The notes under the pieces: generated by a model
What the model was told of the DNA's origin: nothing
The model's input: the letters and a program-made list of their open reading frames with translations, nothing else
The model's database searches: none
Part shown: positions 62,846 through 64,000 of the stretch, one piece after another
Layout of the letters: every line of letters starts with the position of its first letter
Numbering within the stretch: position 1 is the stretch's first letter
From: Candidatus Latescibacterota bacterium
GTDB lineage: Bacteria; Latescibacterota; UBA2968; UBA8231
DNA: 64,000 nucleotides
Assembly: GCA_965242865.1 (NCBI GenBank)
Contig: CBDETK010000013.1
Coordinates: forward strand, 4,032,001 to 4,096,000
Reading direction: 5' to 3'
Made by a program: the position numbers and the translations under genes

Positions 62846-63678
62846 GGTGTACCTTTCGGTGAAGGGGCGATGAGTTCGATTTGGTAGAGCTTGGGCCACC
62901 GCTTGCCGGTGACGAAGAGCCGCTCGCCTTTGGGGTCGTAGGCGATTCCATTGAGCACCTCGGCGTTGGAACCGCGCCGGTCCTCGGCGCTTAACAGCCC
63001 GGTCAGGTCTATCCATCCCGCGACTTGGCCGCTCGTCGGGTCGATGCGGGCGATGGTGTCGGTCTGCCAGATATTGGCAAAGACTTCGCCGGCGATCCAT
63101 TCGAGTTCGTTGAGCCGAGCTACGGGGCGGCCCTGGGCTGCAACGGCAACCCGGCCCACCTCGGCAAAGGTAAATGGATCGCGGAAGTACAGGGTCGCGC
63201 TGCCATCGCTCATGATGAGTCGTTCGCCGTCGTACGTCAGCCCCCAGCCCTCGGTGGGATAGGTGAATTCCGCTAGCGGCGCGAACGAATCGAGCCGGTA
63301 GGCAAAGCCCTTGTTGGCCCGCCAAGTTAGCTGGAGGAGGCGATTGCCAAACAGGGCGAGCCCCTCGGCGAAGAAGCGGTCGTCTAGCTGGTGGACCTGC
63401 ACGACAGCCCCTGTTTCGAGCGCGACCTTGCGCAGGGACGACTGGCCGTACTGGCCGGTGCTTTCGTAGAGAAAGCCATCGTCGTAGAGCAGCCCTTGGG
63501 TAAAGGCCGCTGGATCGTGTGGAAAGGCGCGGACTACTCGGTAGGAATACGTGGGGATTTCAGCGGGCGGTTGCGGCTGGAGGGCCGCAGGTTTAGTGCC
63601 GTCGTCAGACGGCGCCAGACAACTGGCATGGGTCGCCAAGAGCAAAGCAATGGCCGTGGACTGTACCTCGCGGATCAT
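62842..63678 (-). CDS. Glutaminyl-peptide cyclotransferase (bacterial QC)
   Basis: PHDPAAFTQGL, YESTG, FAEG, QLTW, EGWGL, LNELE, LNGIA, TGK.W. Confidence 0.92.
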   Translation of the reverse strand: MIREVQSTAIALLLATHASCLAPSDDGTKPAALQPQPPAEIPTYSYRVVRAFPHDPAAFTQGLLYDDGFLYESTGQYGQSSLRKVALETGAVVQVHQLDDRFFAEGLALFGNRLLQLTWRANKGFAYRLDSFAPLAEFTYPTEGWGLTYDGERLIMSDGSATLYFRDPFTFAEVGRVAVAAQGRPVARLNELEWIAGEVFANIWQTDTIARIDPTSGQVAGWIDLTGLLSAEDRRGSNAEVLNGIAYDPKGERLFVTGKRWPKLYQIELIAPSPKGTP

Positions 63679-63925
63679 GTAGGGTAAAATACGGGGCGCG
63701 GTAGAGAGGGCAAGACGCGGGCGATTTGCTTGTCGGGGGGTGAGGCGTCGGTTAGAATTACGCAGGGAAAACGAGGAGACGGAGGTAGCGGACTTGACGA
63801 CGGATACAGGGGAGTTCGGCGCGGCAAGCGGTTTAGCCTGAGCCTGACCGCATCACCTGACGAATTTGGCTGAACCTACTTCTCAGAGATGAAATTATCG
63901 CAATATAAGCCTACCAAGAGGTCGT

Positions 63926-64000
63926 ATGACCGTTTCTACCGATGAGCTCCAAACTTGGATGAATGCCAAGGAAGACGAGCGTCTAGAGTTCAAAGCGGCA
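63926..64000 (+). CDS. AlbA_2/Schlafen-domain protein, N-terminus only (window edge)
   Basis: MTVSTDELQTWMNAKEDERLEFKAA with the E..LEFK motif; AGAGG RBS. Confidence 0.6.
   Translation, partial: MTVSTDELQTWMNAKEDERLEFKAA

Overview
GC-rich bacterial chromosome segment. Its dockerin-like secreted proteins, LRR/YWTD lipoprotein and 'SWGxxK' C-terminal tails suggest a Latescibacterota/FCB-type, possibly host (sponge)-associated organism; this is inference. The left part is mostly housekeeping: prmC-prfA-rpmE2-rho, dnaG, tRNA-Ile2, tRNA-Val, mpl, hisC and relA/spoT. The centre (19.7-36.6 kb) is an uncharacterised membrane system: a DUF6785/OPT-like protein, a ~1600-aa pseudo-M28 (nicalin/nicastrin-like)-MacB/FtsX fusion, an OPT-like transporter, a hypothetical protein and a PqqD/RRE protein. 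This system is split by a ~6-kb array of mosaic secreted-protein genes. Five of them combine a reused N-terminal module, a unique lower-GC Gly-rich hydrophobic core and a shared C-terminal beta-hairpin ending in Phe; two cassette stubs also remain. The right part carries recD2, a DUF4011-helicase (Hhe-like) defence gene, glcD, sat, a solute-binding protein, D-aminoacylase, an AAA/PD-(D/E)XK gene, a UPF0175/DUF3368 TA pair with a foreign fused domain, a nucleotidyltransferase-uvrA pair, moaB and glutaminyl cyclase. All calls come from motif recognition by eye; no searches were run.
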